This document shows positions 1 through 12,532 of a stretch of DNA of 64,000 nucleotides, one piece after another. Source of the DNA: Macrostomum lignano (Eukaryota); the NCBI GenBank assembly GCA_002269645.1, contig NIVC01000639.1:133659-197658 (forward strand). The letters are read 5' to 3'. The notes below the pieces were generated by a model, which saw nothing but the letters and a program-made list of their open reading frames with translations, was not told the origin of the DNA and did not search any database. Position 1 is the stretch's first letter; the number at the start of each line of letters is the position of its first letter. The translations under genes and the position numbers were made by a program.

Positions 1-336
1 GAGTCCCGCCGCCTTCAGGACGAGCTGCAGGCGCTGCGCGACTCGCGCCTGGCCGCCACCGGCAACCTGACCAGCCTGGCCGAGCGAGCCGCCAGCGCCG
101 AGGCGCGCTCAGCCCAGCTGGCCGGCGCGTTGTCCCACCTGAGCGCCCGCGTGGCCAAGCTGGTGCAGGACAGCGCCGACCGCGCAGCCAGCCTTTCCCG
201 TCTCCGCCAGGATGTTGCCCGCATGCAGGCGCAATCGGCAAAACAGCCGCCTGGACCGACGGCAATGTCGACGGCGTCATCGGCAACAACCGGTGCCCCT
301 CTTGCCGGCAATGCCAGCGCCGCGGCCGGAGCTTGA
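1..336 (+). CDS. 3' end of a coiled-coil protein gene (5'-partial)
   Basis: Frame 1 is open from base 1 (ESRRLQDELQALRDSRLAA...) through ORF 130..336 to TGA at 334-336. GC-rich codon usage and heptad-like Ala/Leu/Gln content. Identity unknown. Confidence 0.65.
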   Translation, partial: ESRRLQDELQALRDSRLAATGNLTSLAERAASAEARSAQLAGALSHLSARVAKLVQDSADRAASLSRLRQDVARMQAQSAKQPPGPTAMSTASSATTGAPLAGNASAAAGA

Positions 337-384
337 ATTCCTCGCCACCTGTTGTACATTGATGTCGCCCGCGATGCTGCTGAC

Positions 385-620
385 TTTGAAATCAAAAGTA
401 AAACTTTGAAATATCAAAAGGGCAACTTCGAAATTGAAAGTACAACTTAGAAGTATTAAAAGTGCAACTTCGAAATTGAAAGTACAACTTCGAAATATCA
501 AAAGTGCAACTTTTAAATCAAGAGTACAGAATTTTAGGATAAAAAAGTGCATTAAAAACTCGGAGCGTAAACTTCGCAATTACGAGCTAAAAATAACATT
601 TTCAAAATCAAAAGTGTGCA
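385..620. repeat. Degenerate AT-rich tandem repeat (core aaagt(g/a)caacttcgaaat)
   Basis: Core motif recurs several times immediately downstream of the stop codon. Confidence 0.6.
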
Positions 621-1345
621 CAACAGCAACAAATGTACTGACCTGAAAAGCTGAAGTACATACTTCACATCTGATGTTCACACTGCACAATCGCATATTT
701 CTGAACACAGGCTCTCCGCACCCAGTGCGTGCCAGCCGTCGACAAGCGGACAGATTTAAAAATCTGCTATTTTTTTACTCTCGTGTCACACTCTGGTCAA
801 TTGTTACACTGTTAGATGATCCAACAGGCTTTCCGTTGTTTTTTGGTATTTTTTTAGTAGTCAGTTTGGGTTTTATTGCCATTTTTTGCACCAGCGTGTT
901 GGTAACTTCAGCTCTCCTAGCCAAACAATACAGCAATTTTATTTAACCGAGAAGCACAGAGCCTACTTACAGTAGAAGCAATGCGCATTTTGTTATTGTG
1001 ATGATTACAAATTTCAGTTTTCTCATCCGGATTTTGCAATGTCAAACAATAGGAAGGATTCCGCAGCTCAGTGAGCAAACAGATTTACTTGGCATTCTGT
1101 GAGTTGAGCAGCCAGCGCTAGTCACTGCAATGCTGTGTTAGTATTCGCTTCTGCTTATATATTCATATTTTTATAACAAATTAATACTACCGCTTCGCAC
1201 TGCTACTTAGTTGGAGCTAGATGAGTAGTATCGCGGCATATGTGCACCGTGTTTTGTTGTTTCCTCTCTCGTATTGCCGCATCTTATCTGCTTGACTGGC
1301 TTTAGAAATTTTTTTCTTGCTCGCTTTAATCTGCTGCTTTTTGCA

Positions 1346-1598
1346 GAGCTGGCGGACTATTTTTGTGTCTGTTGGACAGCGGATAAACTTATCCGGAGCT
1401 GGCGGACTATTTTTGTGTCTGTTGGACAGCAGATAAACTTATCCGGAGCTGGCGGACTATTTTTGAGTCTGTTGGACAGCAGATAAACTTATCCGGAGCT
1501 GGCGGACTATTTTTGTGTCTGTTGGACAGCGGATAAACTTATCCGGAGCTGGCGGACTATTTTTGTGTCTGTTGGACAGCGGATAAACTTATCCGGAG
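1346..1598. repeat. 50-bp tandem repeat x5 with internal palindrome CGGATAA-AC-TTATCCG
   Basis: gagctggcggact starts at 1346, 1396, 1446, 1496, 1546. Confidence 0.95.
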
Positions 1599-2220
1599 TC
1601 GCGTGTTCCTACAGTCTTATTTCTGCACATTTATCTGCTTTTATGTTTTCTATTTCCTCGGATTGATTTTGATTTTTTAAGCTTCGCATCCCCGTTGAGC
1701 TGTGCTGTCGAATTCCCCTGCAGTCTGTTTTTATCCCGCTGTACTTTTCTGTCTTTTTGATTGACGCCACATTTTGGAGGAAGCTGCTACCAGCACAAGC
1801 AGGAGGCAATAGAGGTGTTCCCAGCTTTTCTAATTATAGCCCAACAACTGCTGTTTGATTTGCTTCTTTCGCATATGCGCGTGTTTGAGCTCCAGGTGTA
1901 GAGGATGCTTAGTGATTTAGAGCGGGACTTCCCCCTTCTGCCTCACTAATTGAGTTATTCGCCAGTGCAGCATTCAATTAGTTGATTGCTGAGCGGTTGG
2001 ACAGACAGTTGGCCATTGCGACTGAGAGTTCTTTGCTTCATGATCTGCTTTTTCTAGTCCCTGATAATTGTTTGCACAATGCCTCCCAGACATTATTGAT
2101 TGTGGCAGCTGCGGGGTTGTCGCCCAGCTAAATTGGTTGCTAAGTGACTCAAATTGGGAATGGGATATTGGGGTACTCATCTAGCAGTACTCTAGCGTTT
2201 TGGTGCACCAGCTCTAGGGG

Positions 2221-2505
2221 TAGTGGCTGGCACCAGTGCACTCGCAGAGGTAGTGGCTGGCACCAGTGCACTCGCTGAGATAGTGGCTGGCACCAGTGCA
2301 CTCGCTGAGATAGTGGCTGGCACCAGTGCACTCGCAGAGATAGTGGCTGGCACCAGTGCACTCGCAGAGGTAGTGGCTGGCATCAGTGCACTCGCAGAGA
2401 TAGTGGCTGGCACCAGTGCACTCGCAGAGGTAGTGGCTGGCATCAGTGCACTCGCAGAGGTAGTGGCTGGCATCAGTGCACTCGCAGAGGTAGTGGCTTG
2501 CATCA
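2221..2505. repeat. 30-bp minisatellite, about 9.5 copies
   Basis: Unit tagtggctggcaccagtgcactcgcagag(a/g) every 30 bp from 2221. Confidence 0.95.
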
Positions 2506-3553
2506 AAGCCTCTGGAAGCGGTCTCAGCGAATCCTTAAAATGACCTCTTAAGGTAGCAGCTCTCATTGGCTTGGGTTCGCCTAATCAAATACCAAAGCAT
2601 TCTCAAGCATGCTTTTCTCAAAGGTCACCGGGGTTGGCATTGTATTTTAAGAAATGTATTTCGCATGGGACCCGCGGGTCCCCTCCCAGCTTCCAGGCCA
2701 CTCGAGGCTTTCATTATTGCGCCTGGCCAGCTATGCGAGTTATTGACGGGCCCGGCTTTTGCCTTTCCTGCCTGGAGTAGCCGCTGGGTTCCGCGAAACT
2801 GAGCTGCTCCTGAACTGCTCGCCCAGCCCAGAGTGCTTCCCCCCGCCCAGCCTCTCCCGGCGATTCGTTTCCCTCTTTTGTTGATTCTGCGGCTCTCCAT
2901 CTGGCCGCACTGTTTTTCGCTCTCCGCCTCTGCCGCCTTCCTCTCCGTCTCTTTTATTTCTTTCTGCATTTATGCAATCACCGCGTTGCCACGGGCAACC
3001 AGCGCGCTGTTTGGCCAGCAGAGCTGCCGCCGCTGCTCAGCCAGATTTGATGCTGGAGAAGTGCGGAGGAGGCTGGGCGGGATATTTTCCACTCGCCTCT
3101 CCCCAGCCAGCTCGGTGTTATTCCAGCGCGCCCGGCCGGAATGCCGCTGCTATATTGGCTTATTGTTAGGAAATTGACGCCTGCATTATTCAGTTTGCGG
3201 GACTGGCTGCCGTCCGAGCAACTTGCACTCAGTAAAATCTGCTTCGGTGTATTTCACTTGCGCAGTGGTGTGCTGTGCGTAGCGGCGTTAAACGGGATAG
3301 ATTAGCGTTTTAAAAGTATATTATTGTATTCATAGTGGCGCATGGTACATAAGGTCTATATGCAGTAGTACAGGGTAAAGAGGAGGAGAGCAAATCTAGT
3401 AGACTTTTAACCCTCTGTATTATCGTATGTCTGTGCTGTGAGTGCTCCAGCTTGCTCGAATCCCATATAGTTAGTTGCATTCTCAGTGATCGTGAGTCAG
3501 CCTTGAGAGCTCGGCCCAACACTTCTCTTGTCTTGCCGTGTCCCGGTCTGGGC

Positions 3554-6068
3554 TCAGTGGTGCGACCTGCCGCCTTGCCGCTCGAAGAACATGAAGTCCT
3601 GCGTTTGTTGACGAGTGAGAGGAGGGCAAAGTTGCAGGATTTCAAGAATGCATTTGGATTGCGGCGCTTTGGTTCACGGGCCCCCCCCCCGCACTCACAA
3701 TCAAGAAGCAGGCAGCCAGGATGACCGCTTTAATCTTAACGCTCAAATCCACCGGAAAGGTGATGCCGAAATTGTCGGCATCTGTGAAGTACTCCTGCAG
3801 CAGGTTGGTCCACTGCTTCGACACGCGCCCGATCTCCTCGCCGGAGTCCTTCGACATGAGCTGCGCGCGGCAACACGGAGTAGGCGAATGTGATGAAGTG
3901 CCGAGAGTTTAGAGATTTGAGCAGAAAATTTGTGTTTGACTCACCCTGAACGGAATGTCGTCTCCTGGGCAGTAGCATTTTAGGTAGGTCGGCCCGTCGA
4001 TGACCAGCACGGTGCTGTCCGACTCGTCCTTGATGTGGTACATAGCCTGGCAGGCTCCGTACACCTGCACCACCTTGCCCACCTTGTTGCCGGGTGGCGA
4101 CTCCACCGTGACCTCGTCAAAGCAGCACTTGCAGCAGGAACACATCTGGTGGTAGCACATGCACTTGTAGGGCCGGCTCACGTGGATCACCTCGTTGCCG
4201 AGGCTGTCTTCGATGGCCAGCTCGAACGGGCGCTGCGGCCCACAGCACTGGCGCACGCAAGTGTCGGACGCTGCAGATAGAAAGAGTTATTGGCGCTAGA
4301 AATCAACTGGAGTTTGATAGATTAAAATGTTTCTATATAGCTAGAATGACCCGGGGTTGTTTCATGAGCTCGAAATTTCACATCCTCGAATAGTCTTGCC
4401 AGTCACCTACCTCCGCCAGCTCACAACTCAAACGGGTTGGACAAATGGGAAATTTTCGCTCTAGCCTACCAGTAAGTTATTACAAGACAGACTTTTCGAA
4501 TCCTTTGCTAGCAATCTGTAGAATTCTTCAGCCATGCGCATCGATGCCGATGGCGCAGTATTTTTATATTTCTGCAACCGTTGCATAACTGCCGCACCGT
4601 CTCTCTTGCAGCAAGTCCGTGCCCGGGCAGGCAGGAACTCAGCCAGCGTCCCAACAGCAAAGCAGCAGCAGGTTCCACCGTTTCCGTCTGTAATTTGAGA
4701 ATGCGCGCCCGCGGCATCCTGAAAGAGTACCGGGTGGTCGGCCGGCGTCTGCCGTCCACTGCCGTGCCGCAGCCGCCCCTGTATGAGATGCGCATCTTCG
4801 CCACGGACTCCGTGACCGCCAAGTCACGCTTCTGGTACTTCGTGCGCCACCTCAAGAAGCTGAAGAAGATGCACGGCGAGGTTCTCCAGTGCAAGATTGT
4901 GCCGCCCAAGAAGGCTCTCCGTGTGAAGAACTACGGCGTGTGGCTGCGCTACAACTCCCGCAGCGGAACGCACAACATGTACAAGGAGTACCGGGACATG
5001 GCCCCTGCCGCCGCCATCACCCAGTGCTACCGGGAGATGGGCGCCAGGCACAGGGCCCGCGCCTCCTCCATCCACATTCTGAAGATCAAGGAGATCGCGT
5101 CCAAGGACTGCAAGCGCCCCTGCGTGACGCAGTTCCACGACAGCAAGCTGAAGTTCCCGCTGCCGCACCGCGTCCACCGCAAGCTGCACGCGCCAAGGTT
5201 CACCACCGTGCGGCCCAAGACCACCTTCTGAGAGCAGGCGAGAAGGCCTGGCTGGCAGTGCGCTGTGACAGTTGCGGATTCGCTGACAGAACTGAGAGAA
5301 GTCAAATCAGAAATAAACTCGGACAGGGCGGAATCGAAAGAGTGGCGTCAAATTTTTGATTGCTGACTTTTTTCAACTGCATTGTTATTTGTTCGATTGT
5401 GGAATCAAATTGTCCGTGGCTGGCTGGCTTTCGACTTTTATTTCTTATTTGTTCACAGATTTTTTTGTTTTTCTAATTAGTTTATGATTTAGTTTTATTA
5501 TAGTACTAAAGTTTTAGTACTCTTACGGTTGGAAATAATATCGACTAAAATCAGGCTGAAACTCGCGGCAAGTATGCAGGGGAAACTAGAGGACAAGCGG
5601 AAACGATGGCTGCACTCACATTCCTTGGCAAAGTAGACCTTCTGGCCCATGGAGTTGTACACAACGTATTTGTTCTGCATCTCGAAACCGGACACCACTG
5701 AAATGAAGGGGCGAGAAATGCCTCTGTCAGTTCCAAAAAGCTTAGCAGGTTTCTTTGTATAAAAAGCCAAATTAATTGAGCCGGAGCTGGACTTTCTTAT
5801 CCTGAGTTCGCTCACTTTCAAAGAACTCTTTCTTCTGCTTGATCAGCACCTGGTCCAGAGTGCTCAGGTACTCCAGTCCGGGCGGGCAGCTGCGCGAGTT
5901 TGATGACGCGCCGGGCTTCTCCATCCACGGCGCCTCGTGCCTGCCGCCGTGGTGGTGGTGATGGTGGTGGTGCTGGTGCTGCTGGTCCACTGGCTGCATG
6001 GCCATGGCTGTGGACTGCTGCTGCCCGTTGGGGTAGGCAGGTGCCGGCTGCACCTTGTTGCTCTCCAT
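3554..6068 (-). CDS. PLSCR: Phospholipid scramblase (PLSCR family), 5 coding exons, 287 aa
   Basis: Exons 6068-5816, 5697-5620, 4270-3945, 3860-3699, 3598-3554 total 864 nt, with all introns GT-AG and phases consistent. Family motifs: [25 protein letters not shown], Cys cluster CMC...[47 protein letters not shown]. Confidence 0.93.
4701..5231 (+). CDS. RPL18A: 60S ribosomal protein L18a (eL20), 176 aa, intronless, nested antisense in scramblase intron 2
   Basis: ATG at 4701. [23 protein letters not shown]...[47 protein letters not shown]; uninterrupted to TGA at 5229-5231. AATAAA near 5312. Confidence 0.97.
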   Translation: MRARGILKEYRVVGRRLPSTAVPQPPLYEMRIFATDSVTAKSRFWYFVRHLKKLKKMHGEVLQCKIVPPKKALRVKNYGVWLRYNSRSGTHNMYKEYRDMAPAAAITQCYREMGARHRARASSIHILKIKEIASKDCKRPCVTQFHDSKLKFPLPHRVHRKLHAPRFTTVRPKTTF

Positions 6069-7564
6069 GGACACCGCTGTGTCTGCGGAATTGACGGGAA
6101 GAAAGGAAAGGAAGCTTTTTAGCTGCAGTTTCTCCTCGGGTTTTTGCGCCAATTCACCGCCACCGCGATGGCGCGACTCAAAGGGTTGGTCTTGTGCGGC
6201 AACAAAGGCCAGGTCACTAATTGGTGCGCGTCTGACATGTTTGTTGCTCGCAGCTCAAATGACTCAGAGGGAAGGCAAATGTTTTTTTGCTAAAGTCATT
6301 AATTGGCAAGCGCGGTGATTTGTTTGGTAAACGGCAGTGACTGCTCTGTTGTGATGGGCAAGGCCACTTGGCAGTTGCATGCGTCTAGAAATCCGCGAGC
6401 GAGTGAAAACACATGCAAGTTGTGCATCCGCTTGGAGCAGACAGAAACTACGTGCAGCTCTCGGAATTCGGGAATTACGGACCTGTAGGCTGTAGCTACA
6501 GTTCTTTATTGAATTAAGGTTTTCAACTCTGCAAGCACAGCCACTGGCTGCACAACGATTCCCAGACGGTGTTTTGTAACGGCAAACAGTGCGGCAAGTG
6601 CCCCAGCAAATACAAAGAACAAGCTGTACTTTTTCTCTGCAGTCAACATATCACATATGGAAATGTATTATATAGCAAAACAGACAAGGGGACAATTGAC
6701 TTGAGTGATGCCCGTAGTGCACAACAACAGCCATTGCTTTACAGCAGCAGTTGAATGCTTTCAGTGAGATAAGCGAATCCACTCACCGTAATAAGTTGCG
6801 TTGTCCATCTCTGGTGCCGCTTCCAGGGCTCGTTTCGGTCTTTTTAATAAACGAGATGAAAGAGCGAAAAGCGATAGGCAAAATGGGCGCATGAGGCGAT
6901 GTGCGAGCTTGCACAGAGGGGAATGCGGTTGAGACTGGTTTCTTCATCAAGCTGAGTGCACGCGACACTGGCGTGCAAGGTCAGTTGAGAAAATAGTTTT
7001 TGAGGTGATCCGGTATAAATGGGTGTGCTAGATTGCTATCTTAGTTTCAAGGTCCAAGCTCGATTCCATCGTTCGCTTGCGAAGACCAGCCCCCCCCCCC
7101 CAAACAAGCAGTATTAGAGTGGGCATGTCCGACTTTGCCACACAGTCAGGACACGCGGGTACACCGTGTCATCAATCGAATTCTGCGAGTCTTTCGCAAC
7201 ATTTTTAGAAGGGTTAATCGGGGTCAAATCTACGTATTAAACAGAGCTTATTAATATCTAAGCATCTGCAGACACAGTGGGAGCCTATTAAAAAAGTACT
7301 GCTCACCAACCTCACCTGTCAGTCGGACTGCTCCCGTGACCCGGTTCAATTACTGTCTGTCAGCTGGTGCTGCTGCTGACGGACGGATCTGCTTTGTTCT
7401 CCGCTTTTGCCTGAAGCTGCACTCTGAGCCCCAGCGTGCGAGCAGCTGTCTATATAGAGCACCTGCCGTGTGGCAGCCGTGCCGCTGCAGCTCCCACTGG
7501 CTACAAGCGCGGGGAGCTCAGGGTAGGAGAGGCGGGGGCGAGGGCTGCAAGACAAATACACCTT

Positions 7565-7578
7565 GTTTCCATGGCAAC
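7565..7578. promoter_or_regulatory. Candidate RFX X-box GTTTCCATGGCAAC
   Basis: Exact match to the palindromic X-box consensus in non-coding DNA, about 110 bp from TATATA at 7451-7456. Confidence 0.5.
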
Positions 7579-8393
7579 GCCATACAGCTCAGAGGGAAGG
7601 CATATAGACGGAAGGAACAGCCTGCATGTCTCGCCAGTTTTGCCCACTCAGTGCGGAATGGCTGCGAAGTCCCTAATCTGCAACTGTGCTTTTAATAACG
7701 AAATTCTGTCAGCTCAAGTTGCCACAATTCCTGCTTCAGGACAAAGAGGAACTTGCGTATTATAAATATTCCATCAAACTTATATAGCTCCAGCTTCCGG
7801 GGTATCTCTTACTTTTTTACGAGCGTATAAATATTCGATTTCCTTTACTTTGAAGCGAACATTGAAATTCGAACCTCCTGTCTACGACGATCGACTCACC
7901 CACAGGCTCGCAGTTCACTGTGATGAAGAAACATCGAGCTTCGGATTCAGTAAATTGTTTTTTATAGCTAGGAAACTGTCTGGAAAGCATCAATGTGCCT
8001 TGCAACCTACTGATTACTCATAGTAGCATCGCAAATTTTCTTCAACCAAAATATTTAGATCTTTTTAGGAACAAAACCGACATTATACTGTCGGAGCTTA
8101 AGTTTAAATAATCTTCCAAGAGACCGACAGAACAGTCGCAAAAACTTAACATCATCTTTCCATTGCGAAGGATGCGGCAGCGTGGCTGATCGGAGTATTG
8201 CAAGAAGGCAACTTGTGGGACTTGACCCGCCTAATCAGGTCTAATCTGCCTAACCTGCTCACTTTTCTTGTAATAGGGGTGGGTTTTCCAATGATTCTGC
8301 AATCAAATTGCTCGCACTAAAGGAATGACGTTAGCTTCCTTCTAGCGACCTCTTGGAGAAGGCATCTCATGTACATACCTACTGTAAGCATTT

Positions 8394-9545
8394 GACAGTG
8401 ACGCCAAAAGTGACGCTCACCAAGAGAGACAGTGACGCTTATACCGAGAGACAATGACGCTTATCAAGAGACAGTGACACTTACCAAAAGACAGTGACAC
8501 TTACCAAGAGACAGTGACACTTACCAAGAGACAGTGACACGTACCAAGAGAGACAGTGACGCTCACCAAGAGACAGTGACGCTTATACCGAGAGACAATG
8601 ATGCTTATCAAGAGACAGTGACGCTTACCAAGAGACAGTGACGCTCATAAGAGACAGTGACACTCACCAAGAGAGACAGTGACGTTCACAAGAGAGACAG
8701 TGACGCTCACAAGAGACAGTGACACTCACCAAGAGACAGTGACGCTTACCAACAGACAGTGACGCTCATCAAGAGGCAGGGACACTTACCAAGAGAGACA
8801 GTGACGCTCAACAAGAGACAGTGACGCTCATCAAGAGACAGTGACGCTTATCAAGAGACAGTGACGCTTACCAAGAGACAGTGACGCTTACCGAGAGACA
8901 GTGACGCTTACCAAGAGACAGTGACGCTTACCGAGAGACAGTGACGCTTACCAAGAGACAGTGACAGTTACCAAGAGACAGTGACGCTCATCAAGAGACA
9001 GTGACGCTCACAAGAGAGACAGTGACGCTCACAAGAGAGACAGTGACGCTCACCAAGAGAGACAGTGACGCTCACAAGAGACAGTGACGCTCACAAGAGA
9101 GACAGTGACGCTCACCAAGAGAGACAGTGACGCTTACCAAGAGACAGTGACGCTTACCGAGAGACAGTGACGCTTACCAAGAGACAGTGACGCTTACCAA
9201 CCGACAGTGACGCTTACCAAGAGGCAGTGACACTTACCAAGAGAGACAGTGACGCTCATCAAGAGAGACAGTGACGCTTATCAAGAGAGACAGTGACGCT
9301 TATCAAGAGAGACAGTGACGCTTACCAACAGACAGTGACGCTTACCAACAGACTGACGCTCATCAAGAGACAGTGACACTTACCAAGAGAGACAGTGATG
9401 CTTATCAAGAGACGGTGACGCTTATCAAGAGAGACAGTGACGCTTATCAAGAGACAGTGACGCTTACCAAGTGACAGTGACGCTTACTAAGAAACTGACG
9501 TTGAACTAAGAGACGCTGTCGCTCACCAAGAGACTGACACTCAAC
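8394..9545. repeat. Variable 21-25-bp minisatellite (gacagtgacgcttaccaagaga)
   Basis: Core GACAGTGAC recurs throughout, with variable numbers of GA dinucleotides. Confidence 0.95.
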
Positions 9546-10357
9546 TAGACTGCCCCTACATGTAAGTGACGCACCTTCGTAGTAATTCATACGCACGACA
9601 CAGATATGCACCTCTTCATTTCAGTTTGGATACATTCAGTAACAGTGTAAGTTTAACCGACACGCTCAGCTTTCTTCGACAATGGGATGAAGCCATACCT
9701 TCTGATGACGGCTGTTTTCGCAGCCATCCGAGTGGAGGCTGTTCTCTGCACCCGCAAAAAGCTTTCACGGAAACAAGCAGCATTTCTAACAGAAAAGACG
9801 CATCTTTTGCCGATGCAAAAAACAAAACCTGCCCCTTAAAATAGCATCACTTATTTCCACCTGCCCCGAGCTCGACAGCCCGCGGCTAATGGACGCTTCT
9901 GTGCCAGGCAGGACAGTTGCGGTATTCAAGATACCATTATGACGATCATTCTCTCGAGCTGACAACAAAAGGCTGCCCGAAAAAGCAGGCCTGCAGAACC
10001 CTCCCCACGAAGGTGACTTCGAGCCATCTCTGCTACTTCGATTGAGCAAACAAAAAGTGGCCTCCATCGGAATTGACGCTTCCCGTTCCAGGAAGCACCA
10101 CAGGGGCTCGCAGTGTCAGCAAATCGATGCGATTCTCGCGCACCGGAGGACAATCAGCTTGAGCAGTCCCATTTTCCTCAGCAACTGTTTGCCTGACTGC
10201 CATTAGGAGAAGCTTCGATTCAAAAAACTTCTCTCCTAGAAGAGTTTCTGTTGGCGGGTCTTTCAAGCAAATCCTGCGCTGACTGGCTGGGCGGAAGCCG
10301 ATTTAAAGGCCTGCAGACTCGCCCCGACTCGCCGCTCCGCCCGCCCGCGCCGCAGCC

Positions 10358-12219
10358 ATGAGCCCCGACCGCGAGCTCCTCCTGTGCTGCGCCGTCATCC
10401 TGCAGCTGCTGCAGGGCTGCCTCGGCCTCTCCACCAGCCGGCAGTTCAAAGCGACCGCCCTGTGCCCGCGGCTCTCCGCGCTGCCCGCCCGAGCCGAGAA
10501 GTCGAAAATTCGCTGCGGCGCTGCGTGCAGCAGCAGGCCGGACTGCGACCTGTTCCACTTCAACCGGACAGCCGGTCTCTGTTACCATGGCAACTCCACC
10601 TGCGAGGGACTGGCGCTGTGGAGCGACGGACCTTGCGACTCCTTCAGAGCAGGTAGCGTCCGTGAGCTGGAATTCTGGTGCTGGATTTTCTCTTTCCTTC
10701 CGAATGCTGTACGAATCCCTCTGACCACCCATCCACTCCAGGGCGATCCTCTGCGGACCCGATCGTCGGCAAGCTCGGCCTCAAGCTGCTCTACAGGTTC
10801 GCCAGCCACGGCCTCGAGAACGTCGCCGACCCGTGCCAGCACCGGCTGAGGAGCGGCAACGCCACGGTGGTAAACGCTTTTGGTGCGCACTTTGTGGACA
10901 GCCAGGACTCCTTCCTGATGGCGGAGACGCCCGGTTTTGAGACGGTGGTCAACAAGGGCAACAAGTTCTCCTTCTTCGTCCGGGCCAAGCACCCGCTGGA
11001 CATCGAGTGAGTCGCCTCTGAGGCAATGAAAGTTCAAGCAGAGCTCGGGTTCTTGCTGAGTCATTGTGCACCGCAGTGAGACCTTTGTGCGAATGGGGCT
11101 GAGAGTTCCAGATCCTGTGCACCGCAGTGAGACCTTTGTGCGAATGGGGCTGAGAGTCCCAGATCCTGTGCACCGCAGTGAGACCTTTGTGCGAATGGGG
11201 CTGAGAGTTCCAGATCCTGTGCACCGCAGTGAGACCTTCGTGCGAATGGGGCTGAGAGTCCCAGATCCTGTGCACCGCAGTGAGACCTTTGTGCGAATGG
11301 GGCTGAGAGTCCCAGATCCTGTGCACCGCAGTGAGACCTTTGTGCGAATGGGGCTGAGAGTTCCAGATCCTGTGCACCGCAGTGAGACCTTCGTGCGAAT
11401 GGGGCTGAGAGTCCCAGATCCTGTGCACCGCAGTGAGACCTTTGTGCGAATGGGGCTGAGAGTTCCAGATCCTGTGCACCGCAGTGAGACCTTCGTGCGA
11501 ATGGGGCTGAGAGTCCCAGATCCTGTGCACCGCAGTGAGACCTTTGTGCGAATGGGGCTGAGAGTTCCAGATCCTGTGCACCGCAGTGAGACCTTTGTGC
11601 GAATGGGGCTGAGAGTCCCAGATCCTGTGCACCGCAGTGAGACCTTTGTGCGAATGGGGCTGAGAGTCCCAGATCCTGTGCACCGCAGTGAGACCTTCGT
11701 GCGAATGGGGCTGAGAGTTCCAGATCCTGTGCACCGCAGTGAGACCTTTGTGCGAATGGGGCTGAGAGTCCCAAACCCTCTCCAAACTGCAGCGGCACCT
11801 ACGCAGCATTCCGGCACTGCACCGGGACATCCTGGACATCTGCGGCTCACGACCTGTACACGTACAAAGGAGAAATCTGGCATCAAGTGTACTGGCCCGC
11901 TGACGGAAAATCCTACATCTACAAGTCCGGCACCGTGTACAGCAAGAGCAGCTCAGCCGCCCTGGTCTCCACCGGAGTCTCCTACGACACGGACCGGGCC
12001 GTTAGCTTCTTCTTCAACGGGAGCAGCCGCGCTGCCAGTCTGGATGACACAAAATCGAAGTCCGGCCTCTGCACTGCGAATTTCCAATGCCTGCAGCTGG
12101 GAGGCTTCCCTGTCAGCGGATTCTCCATCCAAGGCAGCATCTCCTGCTTCGGTCTGAGCACTCGAGTGCTCAACCAGTCCGAGTTCGCGCTGCTGGACAG
12201 CTGGTGCCAGCGGGTTTGA
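10358..12219 (+). CDS. Secreted PAN/apple-domain protein with putative C-terminal concanavalin-A/LamG-like domain, 3 exons, 328 aa
   Basis: Exons 10358-10652, 10742-11006, 11793-12219 total 987 nt, GT-AG, phases 1 and 2 consistent. Hydrophobic signal peptide. PAN-like Cys pattern SKIRCGAACSSRPDCDLFHFNRTAGLC. Exon 3 has a beta-rich WHQV.W...IY...G and LQLGG...F..QGSISCF..STRVL..SE pattern typical of ConA-like folds. Confidence 0.8.
11066..11772. repeat. 51-bp intronic minisatellite, about 14 copies
   Basis: 17-aa periodic ORFs (HRSETFVRMGLRVPDPV); lies inside intron 11007-11792. Confidence 0.97.
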
Positions 12220-12532
12220 AGCGGCGGCCCCATGGAAGCTAGCAGTACAGTTTGAACTGAGAATCTGATCGCACCTGAAGATTGAATAACAGCCCAAATC
12301 CTTCATTCAAGAGGTCTATCTGAGAGACTTGACAGACTGATCCCTGACGCAAAACCCGGTCTGAGACAGACGCGATTAAACAATGTCAGCTGGCCGCGAA
12401 TCTCGCAGGCCATTTTTCCTCGAGCATCCCAAAAATTCAAATGCTAACCGCGACTCTGAATTTCAGCTTCTTTCACTGGCGCTGCTCATCTAAATAACTC
12501 AGGTTCTGTAGATGTGTGTAGACTGAGTTCGA

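Noticed and set aside
1346-1598. Resemblance of CGGATAA...TTATCCG to bacterial REP elements (contamination or HGT)
   Set aside because: The match is only a short palindrome, and the flanks are continuous with spliced animal genes.
1600-3300. Decayed retroelement ORF1 or unknown gene (ORFs 2625-2969, 1609-1809)
   Set aside because: No recognisable motif and no consistent splice chain.
10581-10594. Perfect X-box GTTACCATGGCAAC
   Set aside because: It lies within coding exon 1 (C-Y-H-G-N) of the PAN gene and is probably incidental. A weaker one at 28273 is inside a transposon.
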